A stretch of DNA of 64,000 nucleotides from Firmicutes bacterium ADurb.Bin080 (GTDB taxonomy: Bacteria; Bacillota; Clostridia; Christensenellales; DTU072): assembly GCA_002070965.1 (NCBI GenBank), contig MWEH01000151.1:2252-66251 (forward strand), written 5' to 3'. Below, one piece after another: positions 1-8,371 of the stretch (its first letter is position 1; every line of letters starts with the position of its first letter). The position numbers and the translations under genes are program-made. Under the pieces are notes generated by a model. It made no database searches and was not told the DNA's origin. It saw nothing but the letters and a program-made list of their open reading frames with translations.

Positions 1-1456
1 CGAGTTTCTGATAAATCCCAGAAGAAGAAAGGAACTGCAAATAGAAATGAACTTATAACCCCTAATACACTCGTCCATCTGATTATTGGGGAAGTAACAT
101 TAATGATGTCATACAGAACAGAAGTATCATTTATATAGCCGAAAGTTTTGTATATAAATGGGGTAACATATGCAAAAGCTATTCCAGCACCAGTTAATAT
201 CATGCTTGAAACCTGGGAAATAAAACCCTCCAACCTGTCTCCCGTCTTGTACTGTTGATAATCGTTAATCTGGGCCGATAAAGCTGGAGTGACAACAACA
301 TTTACCCCATTAGCAAGGGTTATCAAAAGAGACATGACATAAACTAAATAAGGTTCAGAAGGCCATATTACAATGGGAATCGTCATTATGGCACAAAATA
401 TCCCGCTCAAGATTGATAGAGCTTTTTTACCATACTTCTTAATAAGGACAGGGGCAAGTAACATACCAGGAACATTTGCTGATCCAATAAGAGTAATTAA
501 TAATGATTGACTCCACTCAGTTTTTATATAATATGTCGCTAACCATGCAGTATAAGTGGTACCCACTAGCCTGAATATCCCCAGAAAACCAGAGATTATG
601 GTCAGCCAAAAATACTTATTGATCGCAATATGTTTAATACCATCAATAAATTTTACTTTAAGTTGCGACTTTTCATTTAATACCATCCTTTCTTTTGTCC
701 CAAAAGCCGTAATCAATCCTAAAGAGAAGCATACTAGAGCAAAAATAGGAATTATCCATTTTAAGGCATCCATAGAGTTTATTCCCATTACTTCAATTTC
801 ACCCGAATTATTTTTTTGAGAAAACAGATAGTTCGCAAGTAATGGAAAAAGCATATTAATTAAAGACGGGCCCAATGAATATATGATAGAACCAAAGGAC
901 ATTAATTGAGTCCTTTCATTTGGACTAGGAGATATGACTTGAACCAGGGTATTAAAGGAAAGGGAATATAAGTTTACTAGAAACTGAAGAACGTTGAAAA
1001 ATATTACATAAGTAATGAACATCCAGGTGTAACTTGAATTTAGAGCCGAAGGTATGAATATTGTTGCAACAAAAGAAAGTAGAATGGGTATAGGCAATCT
1101 AACAATCCATGGACGGAACTTACCCATTTTAGACTTAGTGTTATCTATTATCATACTTACTAGCGGGCCTCTTAAAACTACAACAATACTCGAAATAATA
1201 CCGCTAAGAACTATATCATTAACACTAATTTTTAAAGCCGCTGCTATATATAATCCGGCAGTAAGTGTTAAAAAAGTGGGTAGCACGGTTCCTCCGCTAA
1301 CCCCCATACCTCCTAAACAATATAAAAAAACTCCTTAAAAGATAGAAATCTCCCTTTTGGGGGAGTTCTCCAGTACTTACGAACGTATTTAAAAGAATAA
1401 GATATTTTTGAAATTAGAGTTCTTTTTGTGAATGTTCGGGTACCATTATCAGACAT
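1..1456 (-). CDS. GPH-family (MelB/YicJ-like) sugar:cation symporter; C-terminal end lies outside the window and the N-terminal region is broken by an apparent 1-nt frameshift
   Basis: Hand translation of the minus strand; the gene is absent from the ORF track because no stop lies inside the window. ...LRGPLVSMIIDNTKSKMGKFRPWIV... matches the GPH signature D-x3-(K/R)-x-GK(F/L)RP(W/Y), and there are many hydrophobic TM stretches. ATG at 1456 is preceded by GGAGGAGGA (1461-1469). The first 47 codons end at TAG (1313-1315); the long frame re-opens across the A7 tract 1324-1330 and runs to position 1. Confidence 0.75.
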
Positions 1457-1495
1457 ATAATCCTCCTCCAGGGGTTAGTAGAAAATTCTTCAATT

Positions 1496-1514
1496 ATGAA
1501 CTCGTGGAGTTCAT
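1496..1514 (-). other. Intercistronic stem-loop between the epimerase stop and the transporter RBS
   Basis: atgaactc-gtg-gagttcat is a perfect 8-bp stem with a 3-nt loop. No U-tract directly follows on the minus strand, so it is not called a terminator. Confidence 0.3.
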
Positions 1515-1553
1515 CCTTTCGCAAAATAAGTGAATGATATTGGTCTTAAACTA

Positions 1554-2768
1554 TCAATAGTTATCGCAGTTAAATGGTTTTTTTATCAATTTGGATAATA
1601 TTCTTTCACTCTCGCTAAGCATCCTGATTAGATGAAATGGTCCCTTGTATGTGTGCCCCTTACAAGGAGGCTCGGTAGGCAATCCATCTCTTCTCAGATA
1701 GCCAAACCACTCTCCATATTCAGTATCTGCAAAATTCTTATTTGAATAATCATACACTTCATCAAACAACTCAAGGTATGTATCTTTTTTTGTATAATCA
1801 TAAAATTTAATGGCCGCGGTAAGAGCCTCAGTATGAACCCACCATAATTTCATATCGTGTTCATATGCTTCAACAGGCTTTAAAAATAAATCTTTAAAAT
1901 ACAAAATACCTCCGTATTTTTCATCTTTTCCAAAATTATATGCCTTCCAAAAAATATCTTCCGCTTCAAGAAGAAGATTGGGGTCTTCAAGCCAAACAGC
2001 CGAATCAGCTAAAAACCATGAAAGTTCAATACTGTGTCCTGGGTTAACAATTCTTCCAGTGGCGCTTTCAAAGAAATGTTCATCATTAGACAAAAGGTTT
2101 TCCAACATCAAGCCAGTTTCTTCATGTCTAAATTTCCTTATGTCGCGGATTAATCTCTTTGCAATATCCTTGTACTCGGATTCATTTTCCTTGTCACTCT
2201 CGGCCATAATATATGTTACATTAAGCAATATCATTGGATAAGCTAAGGATTTGGTTTCTCTGGTTGAAGAAATAAACTTAGGAGTAATTTTAAAGGGATC
2301 GCTTTCTGGATTATCGTATATTTTAAGCATTAAGTTATAATAGTTTCTTGCTTTTTCAAGAGAACTTTTATCCCCTGTCACAGAATACCTACGAGCATGG
2401 GCAATTGTATAGAACGATTCCGAAAAAATATACCTTCTTTTCCTTAGCGGTTTGCCTTCTGCAGTTACAGTAAAATACATGCGCCCGTCAGAATCATCAA
2501 TGCAATACTTGTCCAAAAAACATATACAACTATCGGCCATTTCCTTCCAATAAGGATCGATTCCGTACTGAAGACATAATGTATAAAAGATATATGCAGT
2601 TCGTCCTTGCATCCAAACACTTTTATCATAGGAATATATTTCCCCCTTTCTATCGAGACAGGTGAAAATCCCCCCATTTTTTTTATCTAAACCATTTTTG
2701 ATCCAAAAGGGGATTATATCCTGAAAAAGAGAGTTTTTCACTGAAAAATGTAATCTTAAAATATCCAT
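1554..2768 (-). CDS. N-acylglucosamine 2-epimerase (AGE) superfamily sugar epimerase/isomerase
   Basis: 404-aa ORF. The N-terminal pattern FW...D..NGG.F..LDR.G......K.VWMQGR and the overall size are typical of the (alpha/alpha)6-barrel AGE / cellobiose 2-epimerase / YihS family. Substrate is not assignable. Confidence 0.75.
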   Translation of the reverse strand: MDILRLHFSVKNSLFQDIIPFWIKNGLDKKNGGIFTCLDRKGEIYSYDKSVWMQGRTAYIFYTLCLQYGIDPYWKEMADSCICFLDKYCIDDSDGRMYFTVTAEGKPLRKRRYIFSESFYTIAHARRYSVTGDKSSLEKARNYYNLMLKIYDNPESDPFKITPKFISSTRETKSLAYPMILLNVTYIMAESDKENESEYKDIAKRLIRDIRKFRHEETGLMLENLLSNDEHFFESATGRIVNPGHSIELSWFLADSAVWLEDPNLLLEAEDIFWKAYNFGKDEKYGGILYFKDLFLKPVEAYEHDMKLWWVHTEALTAAIKFYDYTKKDTYLELFDEVYDYSNKNFADTEYGEWFGYLRRDGLPTEPPCKGHTYKGPFHLIRMLSESERILSKLIKKPFNCDNY

Positions 2769-2811
2769 GATAACCTCGCATTGAAGGTAATTTTAGCATG
2801 AAAAACAGATA

Positions 2812-2840
2812 TTGTAAATACGCCCCCTGTATAGTATAAT
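2812..2840 (+). promoter_or_regulatory. Sigma-70-type promoter, TTGTAA-17-TATAAT
   Basis: TTGTAA at 2812-2817, 17-nt spacer, TATAAT at 2835-2840. It lies about 30 nt upstream of the RBS/ATG of the 2873 transporter gene. Confidence 0.45.
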
Positions 2841-2872
2841 GACTTTATAGTTTTTGGAGGCTGGATTTTTAT

Positions 2873-4456
2873 ATGACTGATAAAGAAGACAATTTGTATG
2901 ATTCCCTTTTAGACCCTTTTGAAAATAATACAATAACATCTGCTGAATCCACGGAGAAGATTCCCCCTGGAGAATCCCCCGATGATATTAATGTTAAGCA
3001 AGATATTGTATCTTACTCGACTGACGAAGCAGAAATTCTCGAAAAAAATTATTTAACAAGATTTAATAAATTTGGTTTTGCTGCAGGTGGATTTGGGCAA
3101 AACCTTATTATCGGAGTTGTAAATACATACATACTTTTTTTCCTAACTGATATTGCGAGAATAGGTCTAGTTGCTACCTCTGCATTAATGCTAGGGGCAA
3201 GATTATTCGATGCTTTTAATGATCCAATCATGGGGACCTTAGTAGATAAGACTAAATCGAAAATAGGAAAGCTTCGACCATACCTTGCCTTTGCGCCCCT
3301 CCCTTTACTATTTCTTACTATTCTTCTTTATATGATACCTACTTATATTCCAATTGGGATTAGGGTGGCATACTATTCCACTATTTATGTACTTTGGGGA
3401 ATAATTTACACAATAGGGGATGTGCCGTTTTGGGGATTGGCTTCTGCTATGACTCCCAATCCAAAAGAGAGAGTGGGATTTATTACCTTTTCCAGACTGT
3501 TTCACTCAATTGGTGGAGCTCTTCCAATGCTTCTATTGCCAGTTTTTGAGTATTTTTTGGGAGAAAAGCAACCTGAGTCATATTTTGCGATGGGTATATT
3601 TACTGCTATAATTGGATCAGTATTTTTCTCTCTTGCATTTTTTGGAAGTACTGAAAGAATAAAAAATGATATACCTGCTCCGTCTTTTGTTAAGTGTTTC
3701 CAAGAAATGTTTAAGAATAAACCATTACTCGTAACAGTAGTTGCTAATGCCGCTGCTTTCGCAAGAGCTATTCCCATAACTGCTGGGCTTTATATAAGTA
3801 ATTATCTTATGACCGGGAAACCTGAAGGGCTTACCAACTCATTTGTGAATACACTACTTGTAGCTGGCTTCGGAGTCGCAGGTTTTTTGGGGATGCTCTT
3901 TACCCCGGCACTTGTGAAAAGATTTGAATATAGAAAGCTATACATTTGGTCTTGTATAGCCGGAGCAATTCCTATGGCATTACTTGCGATCTTAGGCTTT
4001 ACCATAGGCCCAAATATGATTCTTTTCGTCGCAATGTATTTGCTAATGGGACTTCCATATGGGTTAACAGGAAACTTAAATTATGCGATGATAGCAGAAA
4101 GTGTAGATTATGCTGAATGGAAGAGCGGTAGAAGAACGGAGGGTATTAGTGCATCAATGCAAACTTTTATGAATAAAATAATGACCACTCTTCAAAACGC
4201 TCTCATCCCCCTAATGCTTCTTATCTTCAATTTTACCGAACCGTCCGATTCCAATATAACTCCTGTTCAATCCTCTTTAACTAAAACAGGTCTCATGTTA
4301 ATCGCTTCGATTATACCTATGATAGCCTGGATTTTAAATCTACTAATTATCACAAAATACCCTTTACACGGAGATTATCGGAAAAATATGTATATCGAAC
4401 TTAACCAACAGAGAAAGGCGGCAAAGGAGAATCCCTCTCAAAGTATTATTATCTGA
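2873..4456 (+). CDS. GPH-family sugar:cation symporter (MFS fold) with an acidic N-terminal extension of about 60 aa
   Basis: 527-aa ORF with DAFNDPIMGTLVDKTKSKIGKLRPYL (GPH signature) and about 12 hydrophobic segments. RBS GGAGG lies upstream of the ATG. Confidence 0.85.
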   Translation: MTDKEDNLYDSLLDPFENNTITSAESTEKIPPGESPDDINVKQDIVSYSTDEAEILEKNYLTRFNKFGFAAGGFGQNLIIGVVNTYILFFLTDIARIGLVATSALMLGARLFDAFNDPIMGTLVDKTKSKIGKLRPYLAFAPLPLLFLTILLYMIPTYIPIGIRVAYYSTIYVLWGIIYTIGDVPFWGLASAMTPNPKERVGFITFSRLFHSIGGALPMLLLPVFEYFLGEKQPESYFAMGIFTAIIGSVFFSLAFFGSTERIKNDIPAPSFVKCFQEMFKNKPLLVTVVANAAAFARAIPITAGLYISNYLMTGKPEGLTNSFVNTLLVAGFGVAGFLGMLFTPALVKRFEYRKLYIWSCIAGAIPMALLAILGFTIGPNMILFVAMYLLMGLPYGLTGNLNYAMIAESVDYAEWKSGRRTEGISASMQTFMNKIMTTLQNALIPLMLLIFNFTEPSDSNITPVQSSLTKTGLMLIASIIPMIAWILNLLIITKYPLHGDYRKNMYIELNQQRKAAKENPSQSIII

Positions 4457-4497
4457 ACGTATTAAAGAATACTGTTTTTATAAAGGCTAGAATACAA

Positions 4498-4531
4498 TAA
4501 AAATCTCTGAGAAATTCTCAGAGATTTTTTA
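4498..4531. terminator. Bidirectional rho-independent terminator between convergent genes
   Basis: aaaaa-ATCTCTGAG-aaatt-CTCAGAGAT-ttttt: 9-bp perfect stem with an A-run on the left and a T-run on the right. Confidence 0.8.
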
Positions 4532-4568
4532 TTAATTATATCTAATCAACAAGATTTGGAATAGTGTT

Positions 4569-5948
4569 CTATCTGTTTTGCGGAATATCCGGTATACTGC
4601 TAAAACCTTTTTGAAGATCTTCGTCCGATAATTCAGTATCTTCCATTTTTCCCGCATTATACATTCTGTAAGCACTCATATCAAAATAACCCGTTCCAGT
4701 TAATCCAAAAATAATGGTCTTCTTTTCCCCACTCTCCTTGCACTTCAAAGCTTCATCAATAGCAATCTTAATAGCATGAGAGCTTTCTGGTGCGGGCAAA
4801 ATTCCTTCGCATTTTGAAAACATCGAAGCCGCATCAAAAACTGATTTCTGCCCGACTGCAACCGCCTCCAAATACCCATCATGATACAGCTTGCTGAGAA
4901 TTGGACTCATCCCGTGATATCTAAGCCCACCCGCATGAATAGGTGAAGGAATAAAACCATTTCCCAAAGTATACATTTTTAATAAAGGAGTAATTTTCCC
5001 GGTATCCCCAAAATCGTAAGCATATTTTCCTCTTGTAAATGAAGGACAGGATTTTGGCTCAACTGCAATAAACTTAATATTGTTTTTCCCCCTGATTTTA
5101 TCTCCCATATAAGGTCCAATAAGCCCACCTAAATTACTGCCACCCCCAGCACAACCTATTATAATGTCTGGTTTAATATCATATTTTTCACAAGCTGTCT
5201 TAAGCTCGATACCAATGATCGATTGATGAAGAAGTACGTAATCCAAGACGCTTCCAAGCACGTATTTACATGACTCTCGACTTGCACAGACCTCGATAGC
5301 TTCCGAAATGGCACACCCTAAAGACCCTGTCGTCCCTGGTTTTTCCTGTTGAATTCTCTTCCCTATTTCTGTTTTATTCGAAGGAGAAGGAGTAACACTT
5401 GCCCCATAGGTCTTCATTACTTCCAATCTATCAGGCTTTTGGTCCGCGCTTCCCTTGACCATGAAAATATCAACATCCAGGCCATAGAATGAGCAAGCCA
5501 TTGCAAGCGCAGTTCCCCATTGCCCGGCACCTGTTTCCGTCGTAATGGAATTGAGCCCCTGCTCTTTTGCATAATATGCCTGTGCTATTGCCGAATTAAG
5601 TTTATGAGAACCTGATGTATTTGTCCCTTCAAATTTATAATAAATCTCTGCGGGGGTTCCCAAAATTTTCTCTAGGAAATAAGCTCTGATCAAGGGAGAT
5701 GGTCTAATCATCCTATAGAAATTACAAACACTTTCTGGAATATCAATATACCTATCAGTAAAATTTAGTTCTTGTTTTGATAGTTCTTCGATAAAAATCC
5801 CACAAAGCTCCTCCAGTTTAATGGGGGCAAGGGTCCCGGGATGAAGGAAAGGATCGTGTTGCTCTTTCATGTCCGCACGCAGATTATACCACTGCCGCGG
5901 AAGCTCCTCTTCAGACAAATAGATTTTTGTTGGAATGTTCTTTGCCAT
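4569..5948 (-). CDS. TrpB-like PLP-dependent enzyme (TrpB2-class tryptophan synthase beta chain)
   Basis: 459-aa ORF. The long N-terminal extension ...LSEEELPRQWYNLRADM..., then GSHKLN (PLP lysine motif) and GCAGGGSNLGG (phosphate loop), are typical of the stand-alone TrpB2 group. RBS AGGAGG lies upstream. Confidence 0.85.
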   Translation of the reverse strand: MAKNIPTKIYLSEEELPRQWYNLRADMKEQHDPFLHPGTLAPIKLEELCGIFIEELSKQELNFTDRYIDIPESVCNFYRMIRPSPLIRAYFLEKILGTPAEIYYKFEGTNTSGSHKLNSAIAQAYYAKEQGLNSITTETGAGQWGTALAMACSFYGLDVDIFMVKGSADQKPDRLEVMKTYGASVTPSPSNKTEIGKRIQQEKPGTTGSLGCAISEAIEVCASRESCKYVLGSVLDYVLLHQSIIGIELKTACEKYDIKPDIIIGCAGGGSNLGGLIGPYMGDKIRGKNNIKFIAVEPKSCPSFTRGKYAYDFGDTGKITPLLKMYTLGNGFIPSPIHAGGLRYHGMSPILSKLYHDGYLEAVAVGQKSVFDAASMFSKCEGILPAPESSHAIKIAIDEALKCKESGEKKTIIFGLTGTGYFDMSAYRMYNAGKMEDTELSDEDLQKGFSSIPDIPQNR

Positions 5949-6017
5949 TTTTCTACCTCCTTATGGCGATTGCACTCTCGTGCGTATATTTGCTTCTCCT
6001 ATACGGAGTTAAAGCAC

Positions 6018-6235
6018 AAAAAAACCACGGTAAATTTCGCTTGGGACGAACTTCGCCGTGGTGCCACCCAATTTCACAGCTTTCGCTGTCTTGTAGGATA
6101 CTATCATATCCCTTCTCTGTTACGGGAGAACCCGTCAATCACTACTATCAGTTCGCAACTGCCCTCAACAGCCCATTCATATACCCTCTGTGCCCTTGTC
6201 TCACCAACCCAAGTCTCTCTCATCACCGATAAAGC
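6018..6235 (-). promoter_or_regulatory. T-box leader (tRNA-sensing riboswitch), probably Trp-specific, controlling the TrpB2-like gene
   Basis: The minus strand reads ...GUGAUGAGAGAGAC... (GA/K-turn-like start) ... GAA-UGG-G ... AAUUGGGUGGCACCACGG (T-box motif, plus coords 6056-6073). This overlaps the terminator CCACGG-N26-CCGUGG followed by U7 (6018-6061). Confidence 0.8.
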
Positions 6236-6389
6236 ATATTACTATTCTGTATCAACGGTTTATTTAATGAGCAAATCTTATCATTAGAAAATAGTTATGT
6301 CAACATTTTTTTAAACAACTTTAACGATTCAAAATCAAATTTCAATCCTTATCTTTGAAAAAACTCTCAACAATTAACTCAAATATATT

Positions 6390-7268
6390 TTATATATTCT
6401 TTCTTTTTAACATCATTATATAACCGTTAGGATTATTTGGAATACTTTCTCTATGTTCAACATACTGGGGAATCGCAGGAAGAATTTTTGTAATTAATGC
6501 ACTTGTATTCTTACATTCGTAGTTTTCAGGGACAAAATCACTATACTGTTTTTTCATTTTACTAGCAATTACGCTGTATAACGCGGATCCTTGTGTGTCT
6601 TCTATAGCAGTTTCAATTATATCTATCAATGTTTTTAATTGTTCATCAGGAATGATCGATTTATTTTTCGGAGTTCTTTTGGCTTGTTGCTTTCTAGCTT
6701 TAACTGGTTTAGAATTCGGAATATCCTTTTTGCTTATATCATTGTTAAGGGAATCAATTCCATTATTTTGTGAAAGTTCTTCTTTTTCTGAATCATCCAT
6801 TGATTCACCCAAATAAATAAACTCACTAAACGCATTAACAAATTCCTGAATCGCCTTATTCCTGTCCCCCATTCCAATTACCTCTTTGTTATTCTCTCTA
6901 AGTTCTTGCGTAAGCCTGGTAAAGTCACTATCGTTACTAACAAGACAAAAGGTGTTAATGAATGGTTTTTCAAACAAACATTTCATTGCTATAATCGTCA
7001 ATTGTATATCTGAAGTGTTCTTCCCACTTACATAACTGAAGGCCTGAGTTGCCGTCATTGAATGTTTATTAGCTTCCTTTCTCCATCCCTCTATTTGATA
7101 AGATCTTCCGCTCGTACCTTTTTTTGCACCAGTAATCTTTGTCCAATCCGCCACTATTGTCTTTACCACAATTGTTCCTTTAGCAGCCATTGTGTCAATG
7201 ATTTGTGTAGCATTTTTATAACTTACATTCTCTGCGTCAATCAATATTGCTATTCTTTTCTCTTCCAT
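6390..7268 (-). CDS. NYN (LabA-like) ribonuclease-domain protein with a C-terminal OST-HTH/LOTUS-like domain
   Basis: 292-aa ORF. N-terminus: IAILIDAENVS...LVSNDSDFTRL (NYN/LabA acidic motifs). A low-complexity linker is followed by a helical domain of about 70 aa resembling OST-HTH. Confidence 0.7.
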   Translation of the reverse strand: MEEKRIAILIDAENVSYKNATQIIDTMAAKGTIVVKTIVADWTKITGAKKGTSGRSYQIEGWRKEANKHSMTATQAFSYVSGKNTSDIQLTIIAMKCLFEKPFINTFCLVSNDSDFTRLTQELRENNKEVIGMGDRNKAIQEFVNAFSEFIYLGESMDDSEKEELSQNNGIDSLNNDISKKDIPNSKPVKARKQQAKRTPKNKSIIPDEQLKTLIDIIETAIEDTQGSALYSVIASKMKKQYSDFVPENYECKNTSALITKILPAIPQYVEHRESIPNNPNGYIMMLKRKNI

Positions 7269-7472
7269 ATTTCTCCTTTTTTTGTTTATTCTTATAGCAC
7301 TTATTCATATAACTTCATTCTTTTTTATGCTTCTAAATCTGCTTAGTCTTCTGGGTACATTGTAACATATTTATCTTGGAAAAACTTCCGGTGTAAAAAC
7401 CCATAAGGTTAATATTTATAAAACGGGATTCTTCCCAGGCAACACACTAAATAAGACTAAATAATATACCAA

Positions 7473-8354
7473 TTATTTATCAACTTCCTCTTCAGAGTTT
7501 TTTTGAAAATGTTCTCCATCTTTTATCTCAAACCCAACTAAATGCCCCGAAATTATCATTTCCCGGACAATTTTCAAAAAATCCTGTTTATTCTTCTTTT
7601 TCATAACGTTCATCAATTGGCTAACAGAATCTACTTCTCCCTTTTCAATTAAGCTAACCATTTTCATCAAGTCTTTAAGTCTTAATGTCAGAAATACTCC
7701 TCCAGTAAGAAGCATTAGTCCAAATATGATACTAAAAGTTAAATATCTCTCAACGTAAAAAACACCAAGGAGAACGACAAGGGGACACAGAGCAAAGATT
7801 AGGGATATTATCAATATATCCCCTTTAAAACTTTTCTTTGGACCCTTGTATTCCTTAACAGAAATAAATTCCCCTAAAGCAATTTTTTTTGCTTTTTCAA
7901 TCTCATTTTCTTTTTCTTCTTTCTTCTTATTCAAGACGGAAAGATAGGTTTCATATTTTGTTTCCAGTTCATATTTTATCATCGAGGGGGCTAGAAACTG
8001 TACCTTTTTGAAATCCCTGCTGTAACCGTTATCTTCGCAGAGATAATTATCAAGTATCCTGCAACGGCAGGTTCCCCACCATCCACGATAATCATTGGGA
8101 TCAATATTTATTGCCTTTGCAAAAGACTCAAAAGCGCTTGAAAATTCTTTCATCTCCAAATAAGCTTCGCCCTTCGCAATGTATTCAGTAATATCCTTAG
8201 AAACCTGAACAGGAAAAACTTTATCTTCATTTTCTCGAAGATCTTGAATATAAATCTCTTTATTCCCGCAAGCAGGACAAGTTGCACTCTTTCCTCCAGC
8301 ATCTAAATATAAAGGAGTCCCACACTTATCACATCTGTAATCGGTTTTTGACAT
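7473..8354 (-). CDS. Hypothetical membrane protein: N-terminal zinc ribbon, TPR-like segment, two TM helices
   Basis: 293-aa ORF with CDKCG...CPACG (CxxC-x14-CxxC), a TPR-like EAYLEMKEFSSAFESFAKAINIDPNDYRGWW, and two hydrophobic helices. It starts 17 nt after the metH stop. Confidence 0.55.
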   Translation of the reverse strand: MSKTDYRCDKCGTPLYLDAGGKSATCPACGNKEIYIQDLRENEDKVFPVQVSKDITEYIAKGEAYLEMKEFSSAFESFAKAINIDPNDYRGWWGTCRCRILDNYLCEDNGYSRDFKKVQFLAPSMIKYELETKYETYLSVLNKKKEEKENEIEKAKKIALGEFISVKEYKGPKKSFKGDILIISLIFALCPLVVLLGVFYVERYLTFSIIFGLMLLTGGVFLTLRLKDLMKMVSLIEKGEVDSVSQLMNVMKKKNKQDFLKIVREMIISGHLVGFEIKDGEHFQKNSEEEVDK

Positions 8355-8371
8355 TTTCCCCTCTTGATTCT

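Noticed and set aside
1313-1315. In-frame TAG in the GPH transporter as recoding (stop-codon reassignment or pyrrolysine)
   Set aside because: TAG terminates well-conserved genes here, for example the TrpB2-like gene at 4569-4571. Downstream homology continues in a different frame, which indicates an indel in the homopolymer rather than read-through.
556-1338. Plus-strand ORFs 556-819 and 1054-1338 from the track
   Set aside because: They lie antisense to a long, motif-bearing GPH transporter frame on the minus strand. They have low-complexity Ile/Leu/Phe/Ser-rich composition typical of antisense frames in AT-rich DNA. The same reasoning applies to most other short ORFs nested in or opposite the large genes, such as 1978-2241, 3049-4005, 8697-9611, 22021-23812, 49585-50784 and 62838-63542.
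1554-4456. Sulfoquinovose catabolic locus (YihS-like isomerase plus YihO/YihP-like GPH transporters)
   Set aside because: Only the superfamily-level resemblance exists. No sulfoquinovosidase, kinase, aldolase or sulfolactaldehyde reductase genes are adjacent, so substrate assignment would be guesswork.
5841-6287. ORFs of 148, 101 and 61 aa across the TrpB2 upstream spacer
   Set aside because: The region is explained by a T-box leader (T-box motif plus terminator). The ORFs have no RBS and odd composition, and they overlap each other in different frames.
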